This document shows, in pieces, positions 1-8,861 of a DNA stretch of 64,000 nt. The stretch's first letter is position 1, and every line of letters starts with the position of its first letter. Both the position numbers and the translations under genes were made by a program. The stretch comes from an uncultured Candidatus Saccharibacteria bacterium (GTDB lineage: Bacteria > Patescibacteriota > Doudnabacteria > UBA920 > O2-02-FULL-48-8). The stretch is taken from NCBI GenBank assembly GCA_964605735.1, contig CAZSDS010000001.1, positions 262,771 through 326,770 of the forward strand, written 5' to 3'. The notes beneath the pieces were generated by a model. That model was not told the DNA's origin, made no database searches, and worked only from the letters and a program-made list of their open reading frames with translations.

Positions 1-381
1 CAAGGGATCGTCAGCCAGTTCATTTAGCTTTTCAGCGGTAAGGTTATTAAGCGCAAGTGAATAAAAAGTCAGTTTACTGCCAACTTCCGTGGCATGCTTC
101 AGTGTTTTTTGTAAAAGCGCGCCCGCCTCAGAATTTTCGTTGTCTACATCCTTGACGGACATGGCAAAAATGACCGGCTTATGGGCCAGAAGTGTGATGG
201 ATTCACTTAGGGTGATTGATTCTAAAATTTCCTGAGCAGTTGTCTGCTCTGTTATTTTGCCCCTGTATTTTTTTTCAAAAACTTCGGCTAATTTCAAACC
301 CTCAGCCATATCTGCCTGAATTTTTGGATCATTAAGCCCACTGTAGTAAGCCGAAAGATCCCAAACCGGTAGATTTTTCAT
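1..381 (-). CDS. pepF: M3-family oligoendopeptidase F, N-terminal part (gene continues past the window start)
   Basis: Own translation of the minus strand from the ATG at 379-381 gives MKNLPVWDLSAYYSGLNDPKIQADMAEGLKLAEVFEKKYRGK..., which matches the typical PepF N-terminus (WDLSxLY). It overlaps the upstream gene stop as ATGA. Confidence 0.5.
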   Translation of the reverse strand, partial: MKNLPVWDLSAYYSGLNDPKIQADMAEGLKLAEVFEKKYRGKITEQTTAQEILESITLSESITLLAHKPVIFAMSVKDVDNENSEAGALLQKTLKHATEVGSKLTFYSLALNNLTAEKLNELADDPL

Positions 382-683
382 TCCTCAGTTTGCTCCAAAA
401 TTAGTTTTTTCTTAAATCCTCCGCGTTTGGTGGCTTTTTGCTGTCTTATCTGTTCGATTTCTTCGGGGTTGCTGTTTTCCAAATACTCCTTGACCTCCTC
501 CTCCAACTTTTCTCGCAACTTTTCATCAAACTCAACTTGATCTGCTTCATGCAAGGTGAATTTAACCCCTTTTTCTGCCATCGCCTCCGGGACAAGGTCT
601 CGTATAAGTTTGTTGTATTTCTTTATGGCCATTAATCTTTCGTCTTTTAATTCTAAGAGTACTCGAATTACCGGTGCCTGCAT
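378..683 (-). CDS. MazG-like nucleoside triphosphate pyrophosphohydrolase (small all-alpha NTP-PPase)
   Basis: A 101-aa, strongly Glu/Lys-rich helical protein with the EExxE pattern typical of MazG/HisE-like house-cleaning NTP pyrophosphatases. Confidence 0.55.
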   Translation of the reverse strand: MQAPVIRVLLELKDERLMAIKKYNKLIRDLVPEAMAEKGVKFTLHEADQVEFDEKLREKLEEEVKEYLENSNPEEIEQIRQQKATKRGGFKKKLILEQTEE

Positions 684-694
684 GCCGTACTTAC

Positions 695-768
695 TGGAGC
701 GGAATACCGGAATCGAACCGGCACTTTATCCTTGGGAAGGACACGTACTACCACTATACTAATTCCGC
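695..768 (-). tRNA. tRNA-Gly (anticodon CCC)
   Basis: The reverse complement reads GCGGAATTAGTATAGTGGTAGTACGTGTCCTTCCCAAGGATAAAGTGCCGGTTCGATTCCGGTATTCCGCTCCA. It has a 7-bp acceptor stem, a TGTCC/GGATA anticodon stem, loop TTCCCAA, a GTTCGATTC T-loop, and a discriminator T followed by CCA. Confidence 0.85.
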
Positions 769-839
769 ACCAAAAAACACGGCACACAACAAGCAAAAAG
801 CCCGCAGACAAAAAAACGCATCATTTATAATGCGCTTTA

Positions 840-868
840 ATTATATCTTTCCAGGTTAAATCAGGCAA
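840..868 (-). promoter_or_regulatory. Sigma70-like promoter (TTGCCT-17-TATAAT) upstream of tRNA-Gly
   Basis: On the minus strand the sequence is TTGCCTgatttaacctggaaagaTATAAT. The predicted TSS lies ~65 nt upstream of the mature tRNA 5' end. Confidence 0.4.
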
Positions 869-876
869 TACACTCC

Positions 877-905
877 TTGACAAAAAAACAATTTTATGCT
901 ATACT
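877..905 (+). promoter_or_regulatory. Sigma70-like promoter (TTGACA-17-TATACT) with no downstream gene
   Basis: The plus strand reads TTGACAaaaaaacaattttatgcTATACT and points into the 3' end of ppiC. Confidence 0.35.
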
Positions 906-916
906 TCTCGCAGGGA

Positions 917-941
917 CGCAGTACTTACTGCGGCTTTTTTT
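917..941 (+). terminator. Intrinsic terminator hairpin (CGCAGTA..TACTGCG) plus T7 run, plus-strand orientation
   Basis: Perfect 6-7 bp inverted repeat followed by GC and TTTTTTT. It begins ~12 nt after the -10 box of the promoter above. Confidence 0.4.
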
Positions 942-945
942 ATGC

Positions 946-1785
946 CTATTTTTTCAGGTAAGTAACATTTATGCCTTTTGTTTGCTCATCGAGCCATTGA
1001 TCATAACCTTCAGGCACAAACAGAATATGCTTGGCGTGCCACATTTTCTTCCCTTCAACAGTGGAATACTCCACGGGATAAATAATATGGTAGCCAAGCC
1101 TGCTGGTGATTATATCTTTTCTGAATTCGCCTGTGGCGCTAATGCTTATCATGTCTTCCAGTTCCGGCAACAGCTGTCCTGGCTCATAGAAACCCAAATC
1201 GCCACCAAGCTGGCCAGTTGCTCTGTCATCACTTTCAGCTTTTGCCAATTCTTCGAATTTCTCTCCCTTAATCAGCCTTTCAACTACATCCCGCGCACGC
1301 TTATATGCTGTGCTGGTATTTTTTATGTCCGTGAAATATTTTATGCGAAGCTGGGCATCCACAACCTGCGGGTTCACCACATACTTGTTGAAAAAGTGTT
1401 CTGAACCAAATACATTATCAACCAATTCCTTGTATTCAGATTCATTGCCTTTAGTGTAAAACAGCAGTTCATCCGCTGCCTGGTCTCTGGATATGGAGAG
1501 GTTGTATTTCCTGGCAAGCGCATAGGTTTTTTCCGCTTCCATGAAGTTGTCACGGGCTTGTCCTTCCGTCAATCCAAGTCTTTTTCCTGCCAATCCCGCA
1601 AGCTCGAGGTCATTTACGCTTATGAAATTATTTTCCACGAAAGCAATCGGGTAAAGGCGCTTGAACGCAACAGTCACCGGGTCACGCAAGGGCGTAAAAT
1701 ATGCCAAACCCAAAGACGCCGCAAGCAGGACAACAACTGCGATCAATCCCCAGACTATAATTTGCTTATTTGTTAAATTCTTCAT
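946..1785 (-). CDS. Parvulin-type peptidyl-prolyl cis-trans isomerase (PpiC/PrsA-like), membrane anchored
   Basis: N-terminal TM helix followed by a rotamase core with the GGDLGFY and GYHII motifs. Confidence 0.8.
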   Translation of the reverse strand: MKNLTNKQIIVWGLIAVVVLLAASLGLAYFTPLRDPVTVAFKRLYPIAFVENNFISVNDLELAGLAGKRLGLTEGQARDNFMEAEKTYALARKYNLSISRDQAADELLFYTKGNESEYKELVDNVFGSEHFFNKYVVNPQVVDAQLRIKYFTDIKNTSTAYKRARDVVERLIKGEKFEELAKAESDDRATGQLGGDLGFYEPGQLLPELEDMISISATGEFRKDIITSRLGYHIIYPVEYSTVEGKKMWHAKHILFVPEGYDQWLDEQTKGINVTYLKK

Positions 1786-2150
1786 GGCTGTCCAAAAAAG
1801 TAATTAAACCATTTTTGCGGGTTGGACAATTCCTGTTCTGCCGCGCCCGCCACATGGCCATTGCCGTCATCTTCCGGCAAAATAACCACCTGCTCGCCTT
1901 CACGTTTCAAATTAAGCTTCTCGCGCGCCTCTTTTTCTTGGAACTCAGGGGTGTCCAGATATTTGATCAATTCCGAAAGCTGTTGGTTATCATGATTAAG
2001 CGTGTCAGCCTGCTGTTGAAGCCTTGCAATTTCGTTATCCACTTCTACTTTTTGCCGGTAAAGTTCGAGCGTGATAAAAGCCACTGCTATAAATGCCAGA
2101 GTCAGCAATGCAGTCGTCAGTCTTGATTTTAAGATAGACTGGATTTCCAT
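1782..2150 (-). CDS. FtsB/DivIC-like septum formation initiator
   Basis: A 122-aa protein with an N-terminal TM helix then a coiled coil (EIARLQQQADTLNHDNQQLSELIKYL). It overlaps ppiC by 4 nt. Confidence 0.5.
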   Translation of the reverse strand: MEIQSILKSRLTTALLTLAFIAVAFITLELYRQKVEVDNEIARLQQQADTLNHDNQQLSELIKYLDTPEFQEKEAREKLNLKREGEQVVILPEDDGNGHVAGAAEQELSNPQKWFNYFFGQP

Positions 2151-2154
2151 GTTC

Positions 2155-2256
2155 TTAAAATAGCAAGGCAGGGGCGACTGTCATGACCAGCATCCCAATG
2201 ATCATAACAACACCAATCACTATCCAAATTTTTCTTAGCGTGTCTCTGTTTCTCAT
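2155..2256 (-). CDS. Small hydrophobic protein (33 aa), not in the ORF track
   Basis: Own translation gives MRNRDTLRKIWIVIGVVMIIGMLVMTVAPALLF. Its ATG lies 3 nt after the lepA stop, and it fills the lepA to ftsB-like gap exactly. Confidence 0.3.
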   Translation of the reverse strand: MRNRDTLRKIWIVIGVVMIIGMLVMTVAPALLF

Positions 2257-2258
2257 AT

Positions 2259-4034
2259 TTACTTCTTAAGTATTGCAAGGAAGGCTTCTTGTGGAATGTC
2301 CACTGAACCTATTCTTTTCAATCGCTTTTTGCCTTTCTTCTGCTTCTCCAAAAGCTTCATTTTCCTAGTTACGTCGCCGCCGTACAGTTTAGCCGTAACG
2401 TCTTTTCTCATGGCGGAAATTGACTCGCGTGCCACAATTTTTCCGCCAATGGCAGCCTGAATGGCAATTTCAAACTGTTGCTTAGGAATAAGAGTCTTCA
2501 ATTTCTCGGTTAAAGCGCGCCCTTCGGACTCTGCCACTGATCTGTGCACGATTATAGACAATGCATCCACTTTTTCTGATGCCACTAGGATATCAAGCTT
2601 AACCAGGTCGTCCACGCGGTAATCAAGCAGTTCGTAATTCAAAGATGCATAGCCGGAACTGATACTCTTAAGTTTATCATAAAAATCAATAATGATGTTG
2701 GCCAATGGCATTTCAGCAGTAATCAAGACACGGTCATTGCTTAAATAATCCATGTTCTTGTAGATCCCGCGCCTGGAAGTAATCAGTTCCAGGATGCCGC
2801 CAATATACTTTTGCGGAACCAAAATTTCTATGGCCACCCATGGCTCTTCAATGCTGGTAAACACAGACGGATCAGGCAATTCAGCCGGGGTATGGATAAT
2901 TTTTTGCGTGCCATCCTTCAGGTTAACCTTGTACTCTACTGACGGCGCCGTCAAAACAAGATCCAAGCCAAATTCCCGGCTCAGTCGTTCCTGAACAATG
3001 TCCATGTGCAATAAACCCAAAAAACCAGTGCGGAAGCCAAAACCTAAGGCCGGAATATTCTCTGGTTCAAATTCCAAAGCCGCATCATTCAATTTCAATT
3101 TTTCAATGGCATCCCGCAAAGTTGGGTAATCATCTCCGCTTACCGGGAAGATGCTTGCATAGACCATAGGAGTAACCTGTTTGTAACCAGGGAGTGGTTC
3201 CACCCCCTTTGCGCCCACAAGCGTAACCGTATCCCCTACGCGCGCTTTCCTTACGTCCCGCAGCCCAGTAACAATATATCCGACTTCCCCTGTCAGCAAT
3301 TCTTTGGCCGGCTCAAATCTAGGACGGAAAAATCCAACTTCCAAAGCCTCAGCAGAAGTTTGCGTGCCAAGCATCTGGATTTTGTCGTTCTTTTTCAATG
3401 ACCCATCAATGATCCTGATAAATGTGACTACGCCCCGGTGCTGGTCATATGTGGAGTCGAAAATCAAAGCACGGGCGGGTTTTTTGGCATCACCTGAAGG
3501 AGCAGGGATTCTTTGGGCAACTGCCTCAAGAATTTTCTCAACGCCTTCCCCGGTTTTGCCGGAGGCATAAAGAATTTCCTCCGGAGCAAATCCAAAAGCC
3601 TTAGTGATTTCATCTGCTGTTTTTTCGCGGTCGGAATTAGGCAAGTCAATCTTGTTGACTACCGGGATGATTTTAAGGTCATGCGCCAGAGCCAAATGGA
3701 TGTTTGCCAAAGTTTGTGCCTCAATGCCCTGAGTTGAGTCGACCACCAAAATAGCACCCTCACAGGCGGCCAAGGAACGGGAAACTTCGTAAGTAAAGTC
3801 CACGTGCCCCGGGGTGTCTATCAAGTTGAAAATATAGTCCTTCCATTCCATGCGTACCGGTGTCAGCTTGATTGTAATGCCGCGTTCGCGCTCAAGGTCC
3901 ATGGTGTCCAGCAGTTGTTGTTTCATTTCGCGCTTGGTCACGGTTTGCGTCATTTCTAAAAGCCGGTCAGCCAGCGTGGACTTTCCGTGGTCAATATGCG
4001 CTATGATACAAAAATTTCTGATTTTTTCTTGCAT
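2259..4034 (-). CDS. lepA: Elongation factor 4 (LepA)
   Basis: The N-terminus NFCIIAHIDHGKSTLADR carries the G1 motif, followed by DTPGHVDF, the NKIDLP G4 motif and a LepA-specific C-terminus. Confidence 0.96.
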   Translation of the reverse strand: MQEKIRNFCIIAHIDHGKSTLADRLLEMTQTVTKREMKQQLLDTMDLERERGITIKLTPVRMEWKDYIFNLIDTPGHVDFTYEVSRSLAACEGAILVVDSTQGIEAQTLANIHLALAHDLKIIPVVNKIDLPNSDREKTADEITKAFGFAPEEILYASGKTGEGVEKILEAVAQRIPAPSGDAKKPARALIFDSTYDQHRGVVTFIRIIDGSLKKNDKIQMLGTQTSAEALEVGFFRPRFEPAKELLTGEVGYIVTGLRDVRKARVGDTVTLVGAKGVEPLPGYKQVTPMVYASIFPVSGDDYPTLRDAIEKLKLNDAALEFEPENIPALGFGFRTGFLGLLHMDIVQERLSREFGLDLVLTAPSVEYKVNLKDGTQKIIHTPAELPDPSVFTSIEEPWVAIEILVPQKYIGGILELITSRRGIYKNMDYLSNDRVLITAEMPLANIIIDFYDKLKSISSGYASLNYELLDYRVDDLVKLDILVASEKVDALSIIVHRSVAESEGRALTEKLKTLIPKQQFEIAIQAAIGGKIVARESISAMRKDVTAKLYGGDVTRKMKLLEKQKKGKKRLKRIGSVDIPQEAFLAILKK

Positions 4035-5653
4035 TAGTTAAAGAGGTTTATGATTACTGTAAATGGCCGCGTTGATTTTACGACTGCTGACTTCAAAAGC
4101 TTGAGCAAATGATCGGCATCGTCTACCTTTAATAACCAAGCCACCGCCAAGTACACAGCGAACCCTATTATCGCAGAACTTGCCCCCTGAATCAATACTC
4201 CCCAATAGGTCTGCATGTTTACCAACGGAGCAACAATATACAAAGTAACATACGCCGCGATTCCCCCACAGAGTGAACCAATCACGATTTTAAGCGTATT
4301 AACCATAAGGTATTCATCGCGGAATGAGCCAATTTTATGGTGAAGCTCCATCAAAAGCAAAATCAACTGCAAAATGGATGTGGCGGAAAAAGCCAACACC
4401 ATCCCCGGCACCCCAAACCAGCCAACTGCATAGTAGGTTGCAACCACATTGACCACAACAGTAATGAGCCCAATGACCATTGGAGTCATTGTGTTATGGC
4501 GGGCGTAATAAGCCCGGGCATACAGCGGAATCAGTGCCTGCGCAAACAGCGACACTGCAAACAATCCTAAATTAAGCGAAACCAGACGCGTGTCGTCAAA
4601 ACTGAAATTTGTTCCTGCCCCTATACCAAGCACAAGCCGAACAATCTGCGCGCGCAAAACAAGCATGAGCGTGGAGAGCGGCACAATAAAATACAAAATC
4701 TGGTTTGTGGTTTTGGCTAAAACATCCTTAAAGCCCTCATTATCCTTCTCATTGAACAAGTCGGACAGTAACGGGAATACAGCCACGGCAAAAGATACGG
4801 CAAAAATACTCAAGAAAACGCTTTGCAAATTGTTGGCGTAATAAAACGACGCCAGAGCGCCGGTTCCCAAAAAAGAACCGAAGAACGTGGCGATAAGCAG
4901 AGTCACCTGGTTTGTGCCCATTGAGAAAATACGCGGCCAGTAAAGTTTCCAAAATTTTACAAAAGACGGGTCTTTATAAGCGACCACGAGCGAATATTTA
5001 AAACCGACCCGCAGTAAACCAGGCAACTGAATCAAAAGGTGCAAGGCCGCCCCAATCACCACGCCCCAGGCCAGGCCAGTTGCTCCCATTCTCGGATACA
5101 GAAAAATTGCGCCGCCTATTATCGAAAGGTTATACACAACAGGTGCAGCAGAAACCAGGGCAAACTTTTTTTCTGCATTCAGGATGCTGGAGGCTATAGA
5201 GGAAAGAGTCAGAAACACGGGCGAAAGCAGGAAAATCTGAGTAAAGGTTCTGGTTAATTCGCGCGCTTCTCCGGTCAACCCTGGAGCTATCAAAGTCACA
5301 AGCGGATCCAGAAAAAGATAAGCCAGTAAAGTCAATGACGCAATCATAACCAGCGTAAAGTTTAGGATGCTGGACGCCAGTTCATGTGCGCGCCTTTTGT
5401 CTTTTAAAAGATACTCTGAAAATACGGGAATGAAGGCCACTGAGAAAGTGCCTAAAATGAGCAGGTTGAAAATAAAATCCGGGATTCTGAAAGCCGCAAA
5501 ATAGGCATCCATCGTTGTCCCCGTCCCGAATTGATTGGAAAAAACAGCATCTCTGACCAGGCCCAGTATTTTTGCGAGCACGGAAAAAACAGCGATGATG
5601 AACGTCGCTCGTTTTACTCCATAATTATCTTTTGATGCCGCCAATTGTGTCAT
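4034..5653 (-). CDS. murJ: Lipid II flippase MurJ (MviN)
   Basis: MurJ N-terminal motifs are present (FGTGTTMDAYFAAFRIPDFIFNLL) across 14 predicted TM helices. The ATG at 5653 overlaps the upstream stop as ATGA; the ORF-track start at 5671 is a TTG extension. Confidence 0.88.
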   Translation of the reverse strand: MTQLAASKDNYGVKRATFIIAVFSVLAKILGLVRDAVFSNQFGTGTTMDAYFAAFRIPDFIFNLLILGTFSVAFIPVFSEYLLKDKRRAHELASSILNFTLVMIASLTLLAYLFLDPLVTLIAPGLTGEARELTRTFTQIFLLSPVFLTLSSIASSILNAEKKFALVSAAPVVYNLSIIGGAIFLYPRMGATGLAWGVVIGAALHLLIQLPGLLRVGFKYSLVVAYKDPSFVKFWKLYWPRIFSMGTNQVTLLIATFFGSFLGTGALASFYYANNLQSVFLSIFAVSFAVAVFPLLSDLFNEKDNEGFKDVLAKTTNQILYFIVPLSTLMLVLRAQIVRLVLGIGAGTNFSFDDTRLVSLNLGLFAVSLFAQALIPLYARAYYARHNTMTPMVIGLITVVVNVVATYYAVGWFGVPGMVLAFSATSILQLILLLMELHHKIGSFRDEYLMVNTLKIVIGSLCGGIAAYVTLYIVAPLVNMQTYWGVLIQGASSAIIGFAVYLAVAWLLKVDDADHLLKLLKSAVVKSTRPFTVIINLFN

Positions 5654-7743
5654 TTGATTATCATGCCCCAATATTGATCCTTAGTCCCATCAGCACTGAA
5701 TTTAACCGACTTGCCTGACCTTTCCAGATTCCCCGTGGTCCAGAAAAAATCATCGCCTGAATTTAGCAAAATCTCTCCGCTGAGCTTAATTCCTAAACTG
5801 CCGGATTGTTTTTGGAATAAAAGGCTGTGCGCCTGCCGCCCGCCAAAAAACCCTGTTTTTACCTTAAACGGCAACTGATACATTACCATAATCTCTGACG
5901 TGACTCCTCCCGGAGTTTCTGTCCAGCCGGTAAACGCGGTTTTTCCGGATTCCTCGCGAATGGCCACCGGACCATTAAACTCTGCGGTGTTCCAAGCAGC
6001 CAGATCCGGATCAAGCTCAAAACCGTCCGGCTTGGTTGAAGACTGCGGTTGGTCGGCAAAACCTGAAGCTCCAAGCAATTTCGAACCCTTAGGCACCAGT
6101 ACCCGCATGAAATTTCTGTTTAGCTCTGCTGAAGTATTTGCACGCGTAATTTTCACGGTATTTATCACCGCCCCGTCAGAATTGACTTGAGATCTGTATT
6201 CAATGGCCTGACCGATATCCAAATCAGTCTTTGTTCCGCCATGGTTTGAATTTATAACTGCAAGGTAGTCATGGTCAGCTGGAAGTATTTTTCCATCAAA
6301 CCCGAGGTTTGCAATTTTTGCCTGAGTGGATTTTTCTGTGCTGTACATTAGGACATGCTTTTCCAATAAATTGTTTTTCAGTAATTGGAAGAGAGTAAAC
6401 CACTGTTCTTTGCCAAGGTTTGATAATTTGTCCAGCATCACTGGCGCAAAATCATCCAAAAATTTCTTTGGTTGGTTGAGTTCGCGGTCATATATTTCTG
6501 AAGTCTGCGTCTGGACGATTTCCTGAAAATTTTCCGCGGTTAACACTGTCCCATAAGCAGGCATTTCTACCGGGCCAACCATGTTCAGCAAATCAACAAA
6601 AACTTTCGGGGTCATGGCAATAATTCCTTCCGCTGTTTCCGAAGTCATTTCAAAAAACGTCAGCAGTTTCTCAGCGGATGTTGGAAAGTCGGCAAACCAG
6701 TTGGAGTCGCGCATGCCCCATTTTGTGATTTGCGGCTGAAACGGTGCTGGTGATTCAAATTGTTTGGTCAGGCTGCCATCCAGGTTATAAATACTTTCAA
6801 TTTTAAGCTGTCTGATGTTCCCGTCATCATATTTCAAAACTCCATATGTGCCTATAAAACCACCGGTCGCCCGAATCTCGTCATAGTTCTGAAAAATCAG
6901 CAGGTAAGTACGCGGTTGTGAACCAAAGAAAGATAAAAACAGATCCTCCAGGCTGACAAGGTCAGTCAGCACATTCTTAATCTGGCTAATCTGGTCTTTT
7001 GCATGGGTCAGAGTTTCGCCATATTCCCCTGGCAATGAGCCTGATGAATTGAATTTTTCTTCCGCATAATTCAGAAGCAATAAACTGTTTTTTAACAGCA
7101 AATGGTTTTTCTGAAGCTTGTCTGAGAAATTTTCAGTGCTGATACCAGCGCTGTTTACGGACAACTCGTCAAAGAGCTGCATGGCGCTGGTTAAATTTTT
7201 CCCAGCCTCAGCCAGGAAAAATGCACCGGTAAGAATGTCGTCTGCGCTTCTGGCTGGCGGAACAATAGCAGTCAGGGCGCGAAACTTGTCCAGCTGAGTT
7301 TGCGCTTCTGCGAGATTTTCCTGGGCAGAAATAAATTTGTCCCGGGCAGAACTAAAGTCCTGAGCCTCCAGGCTCTTATTAGCCGCATCCAGATCACTGT
7401 AGGCGGAAGTTGCAGAGCCAAGCACAACGCCTGAAGTTTCTCTCGCCGATTGCAAATAAACTACGGACTGCAGCAAAACGGTAATAATAAGTAAGCCCGC
7501 CAAAACAGGCAAGGCTGCTTTGTAGGAAATGCGCGGCTTTGCAGGCAAACTTGTTAATGCCACAGGAACAATCATTCTGATGTTTTCGCTGACTGGACTC
7601 TCTTCTTTTTGTTCAGGTTCCCTTCTGATGGTCAATATGTCATGCGGAAAAACCTCACGCTTGATCGTGACTGGCTTTTTTGGCGGCGGCGGCGTTTTTT
7701 TCACCACCTTGAAATCGAATTTTTTTCCGATATTCAGAGTCAT
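5650..7743 (-). CDS. Large membrane-anchored extracytoplasmic protein, DUF4012-like
   Basis: A 697-aa protein with a Pro/Lys-rich N-terminus, one TM helix, and a central NYDEIRATGGFIGTYG segment resembling the DUF4012 signature. It shows ATGA coupling with both ftsW and murJ. Confidence 0.5.
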   Translation of the reverse strand: MTLNIGKKFDFKVVKKTPPPPKKPVTIKREVFPHDILTIRREPEQKEESPVSENIRMIVPVALTSLPAKPRISYKAALPVLAGLLIITVLLQSVVYLQSARETSGVVLGSATSAYSDLDAANKSLEAQDFSSARDKFISAQENLAEAQTQLDKFRALTAIVPPARSADDILTGAFFLAEAGKNLTSAMQLFDELSVNSAGISTENFSDKLQKNHLLLKNSLLLLNYAEEKFNSSGSLPGEYGETLTHAKDQISQIKNVLTDLVSLEDLFLSFFGSQPRTYLLIFQNYDEIRATGGFIGTYGVLKYDDGNIRQLKIESIYNLDGSLTKQFESPAPFQPQITKWGMRDSNWFADFPTSAEKLLTFFEMTSETAEGIIAMTPKVFVDLLNMVGPVEMPAYGTVLTAENFQEIVQTQTSEIYDRELNQPKKFLDDFAPVMLDKLSNLGKEQWFTLFQLLKNNLLEKHVLMYSTEKSTQAKIANLGFDGKILPADHDYLAVINSNHGGTKTDLDIGQAIEYRSQVNSDGAVINTVKITRANTSAELNRNFMRVLVPKGSKLLGASGFADQPQSSTKPDGFELDPDLAAWNTAEFNGPVAIREESGKTAFTGWTETPGGVTSEIMVMYQLPFKVKTGFFGGRQAHSLLFQKQSGSLGIKLSGEILLNSGDDFFWTTGNLERSGKSVKFSADGTKDQYWGMIIK

Positions 7744-8861
7744 GCTCTTTTTTGCACCACAGAGTGTTTAGAAATATTCAAGAGAACTCCCACACCAAGC
7801 AAGGAAACAACCATAGCCGTGGATCCATAAGAAATAAACGGCAAAGGAACACCCGTCAGCGGCATTACCGCAGTGATCCCACCGATGTTTATCAAAGCCT
7901 GAATGATGATCCAGCTGGTGATGCCCACGGCAACCAGCTTACTGAAGGTGTCCGGCGCGTTTCTGGCAATTTTGAATCCGCGCCAGGCAAAGAACAGGAA
8001 TAACAGCAGAATAATGGTAATTCTGGCAAAACCCATTTCTTCTGACATGATTGCAAAAATCGAATCGCCAATTGCTTCCGGCAAATAGTTATATTTTTGC
8101 CTGGATTGGCCCAAGCCATAGCCCCACAACCCTCCGGAGCCAATTGCCAGCAGTGCCTGATTAATTTGATAGGAAATCCCGCGCGGGTCTATATCAGGGT
8201 TAAAGAAGGCCATAATCCGCTGGAGGCGGTGCGGCGCCGCTTTAATCATAATCCAGGCAAAAACCGCAGCCACTGCGCCAGCAGAAAAAAGATATCGAAG
8301 CTTCACCCCGCCAATAAAAAACATGGTTGCCGCGATCAAACATAAAATAATCATGGTCCCAAAATCCGGCTGAAGTATAATCAGCCCGGCAATCAAACCG
8401 ACTATCGTTAAACTTGGCAGGAATCCATAATATAAATCATGGACATGCTCTGAACGCTTGTCATACCAACTAGCCAGATAAACAATAACGACCAGCTTCA
8501 TCAGCTCTGACGGTTGGAACAGGAAATATTTAAGGTCAATCCACATGTTTGAGCCACCTACGCCAAACCCGACTCCCGGAATAAAAACCGCAATCAGCAA
8601 TAAAAGGCCAATGACTACAAGCAAAGGCGCAAACCTTTGCCAATTGCCGTAATAAAGTTTGGCGCCAACATACATGGCTGCAAGACCGGGCACCACTCCA
8701 AACATCAGCTGGCGGAAAAAGTAATAATTGTTGTTTCCGAAATTCTCATGGGCCATCACGGAGGAGGCGGATGATAGCGTCAACATGCCAAAAACCAGGA
8801 GCAGTAGAACTACCCCAAGCAAGACATAATCCGGTTTCTGGTCTGATTGTTGGTTTTTCAT
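7740..8861 (-). CDS. ftsW: SEDS-family peptidoglycan glycosyltransferase FtsW/RodA
   Basis: A polytopic membrane protein with the SEDS motifs GSGGLWGYGLGQS and PEAIGDSIFAI. Confidence 0.88.
   Translation of the reverse strand: MKNQQSDQKPDYVLLGVVLLLLVFGMLTLSSASSVMAHENFGNNNYYFFRQLMFGVVPGLAAMYVGAKLYYGNWQRFAPLLVVIGLLLLIAVFIPGVGFGVGGSNMWIDLKYFLFQPSELMKLVVIVYLASWYDKRSEHVHDLYYGFLPSLTIVGLIAGLIILQPDFGTMIILCLIAATMFFIGGVKLRYLFSAGAVAAVFAWIMIKAAPHRLQRIMAFFNPDIDPRGISYQINQALLAIGSGGLWGYGLGQSRQKYNYLPEAIGDSIFAIMSEEMGFARITIILLLFLFFAWRGFKIARNAPDTFSKLVAVGITSWIIIQALINIGGITAVMPLTGVPLPFISYGSTAMVVSLLGVGVLLNISKHSVVQKRA

Noticed and set aside
556-859. ORF-track ORFs 556..762(+) and 674..859(+)
   Set aside because: They overlap the tRNA-Gly gene and its promoter and show no SD or protein-like composition. 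The region is explained by the tRNA on the opposite strand.
877-1404. 175-aa plus-strand ORF antisense to ppiC, plus many similar antisense ORFs in the track (for example 3304..3570, 19323..19769, 21033..21446, 23502..24026, 31595..32077, 35624..36157, 40216..40755, 55578..56108)
   Set aside because: These are shadow ORFs lying entirely inside well-supported genes on the other strand. Their products are low-complexity or hydrophobic-biased with no start context.
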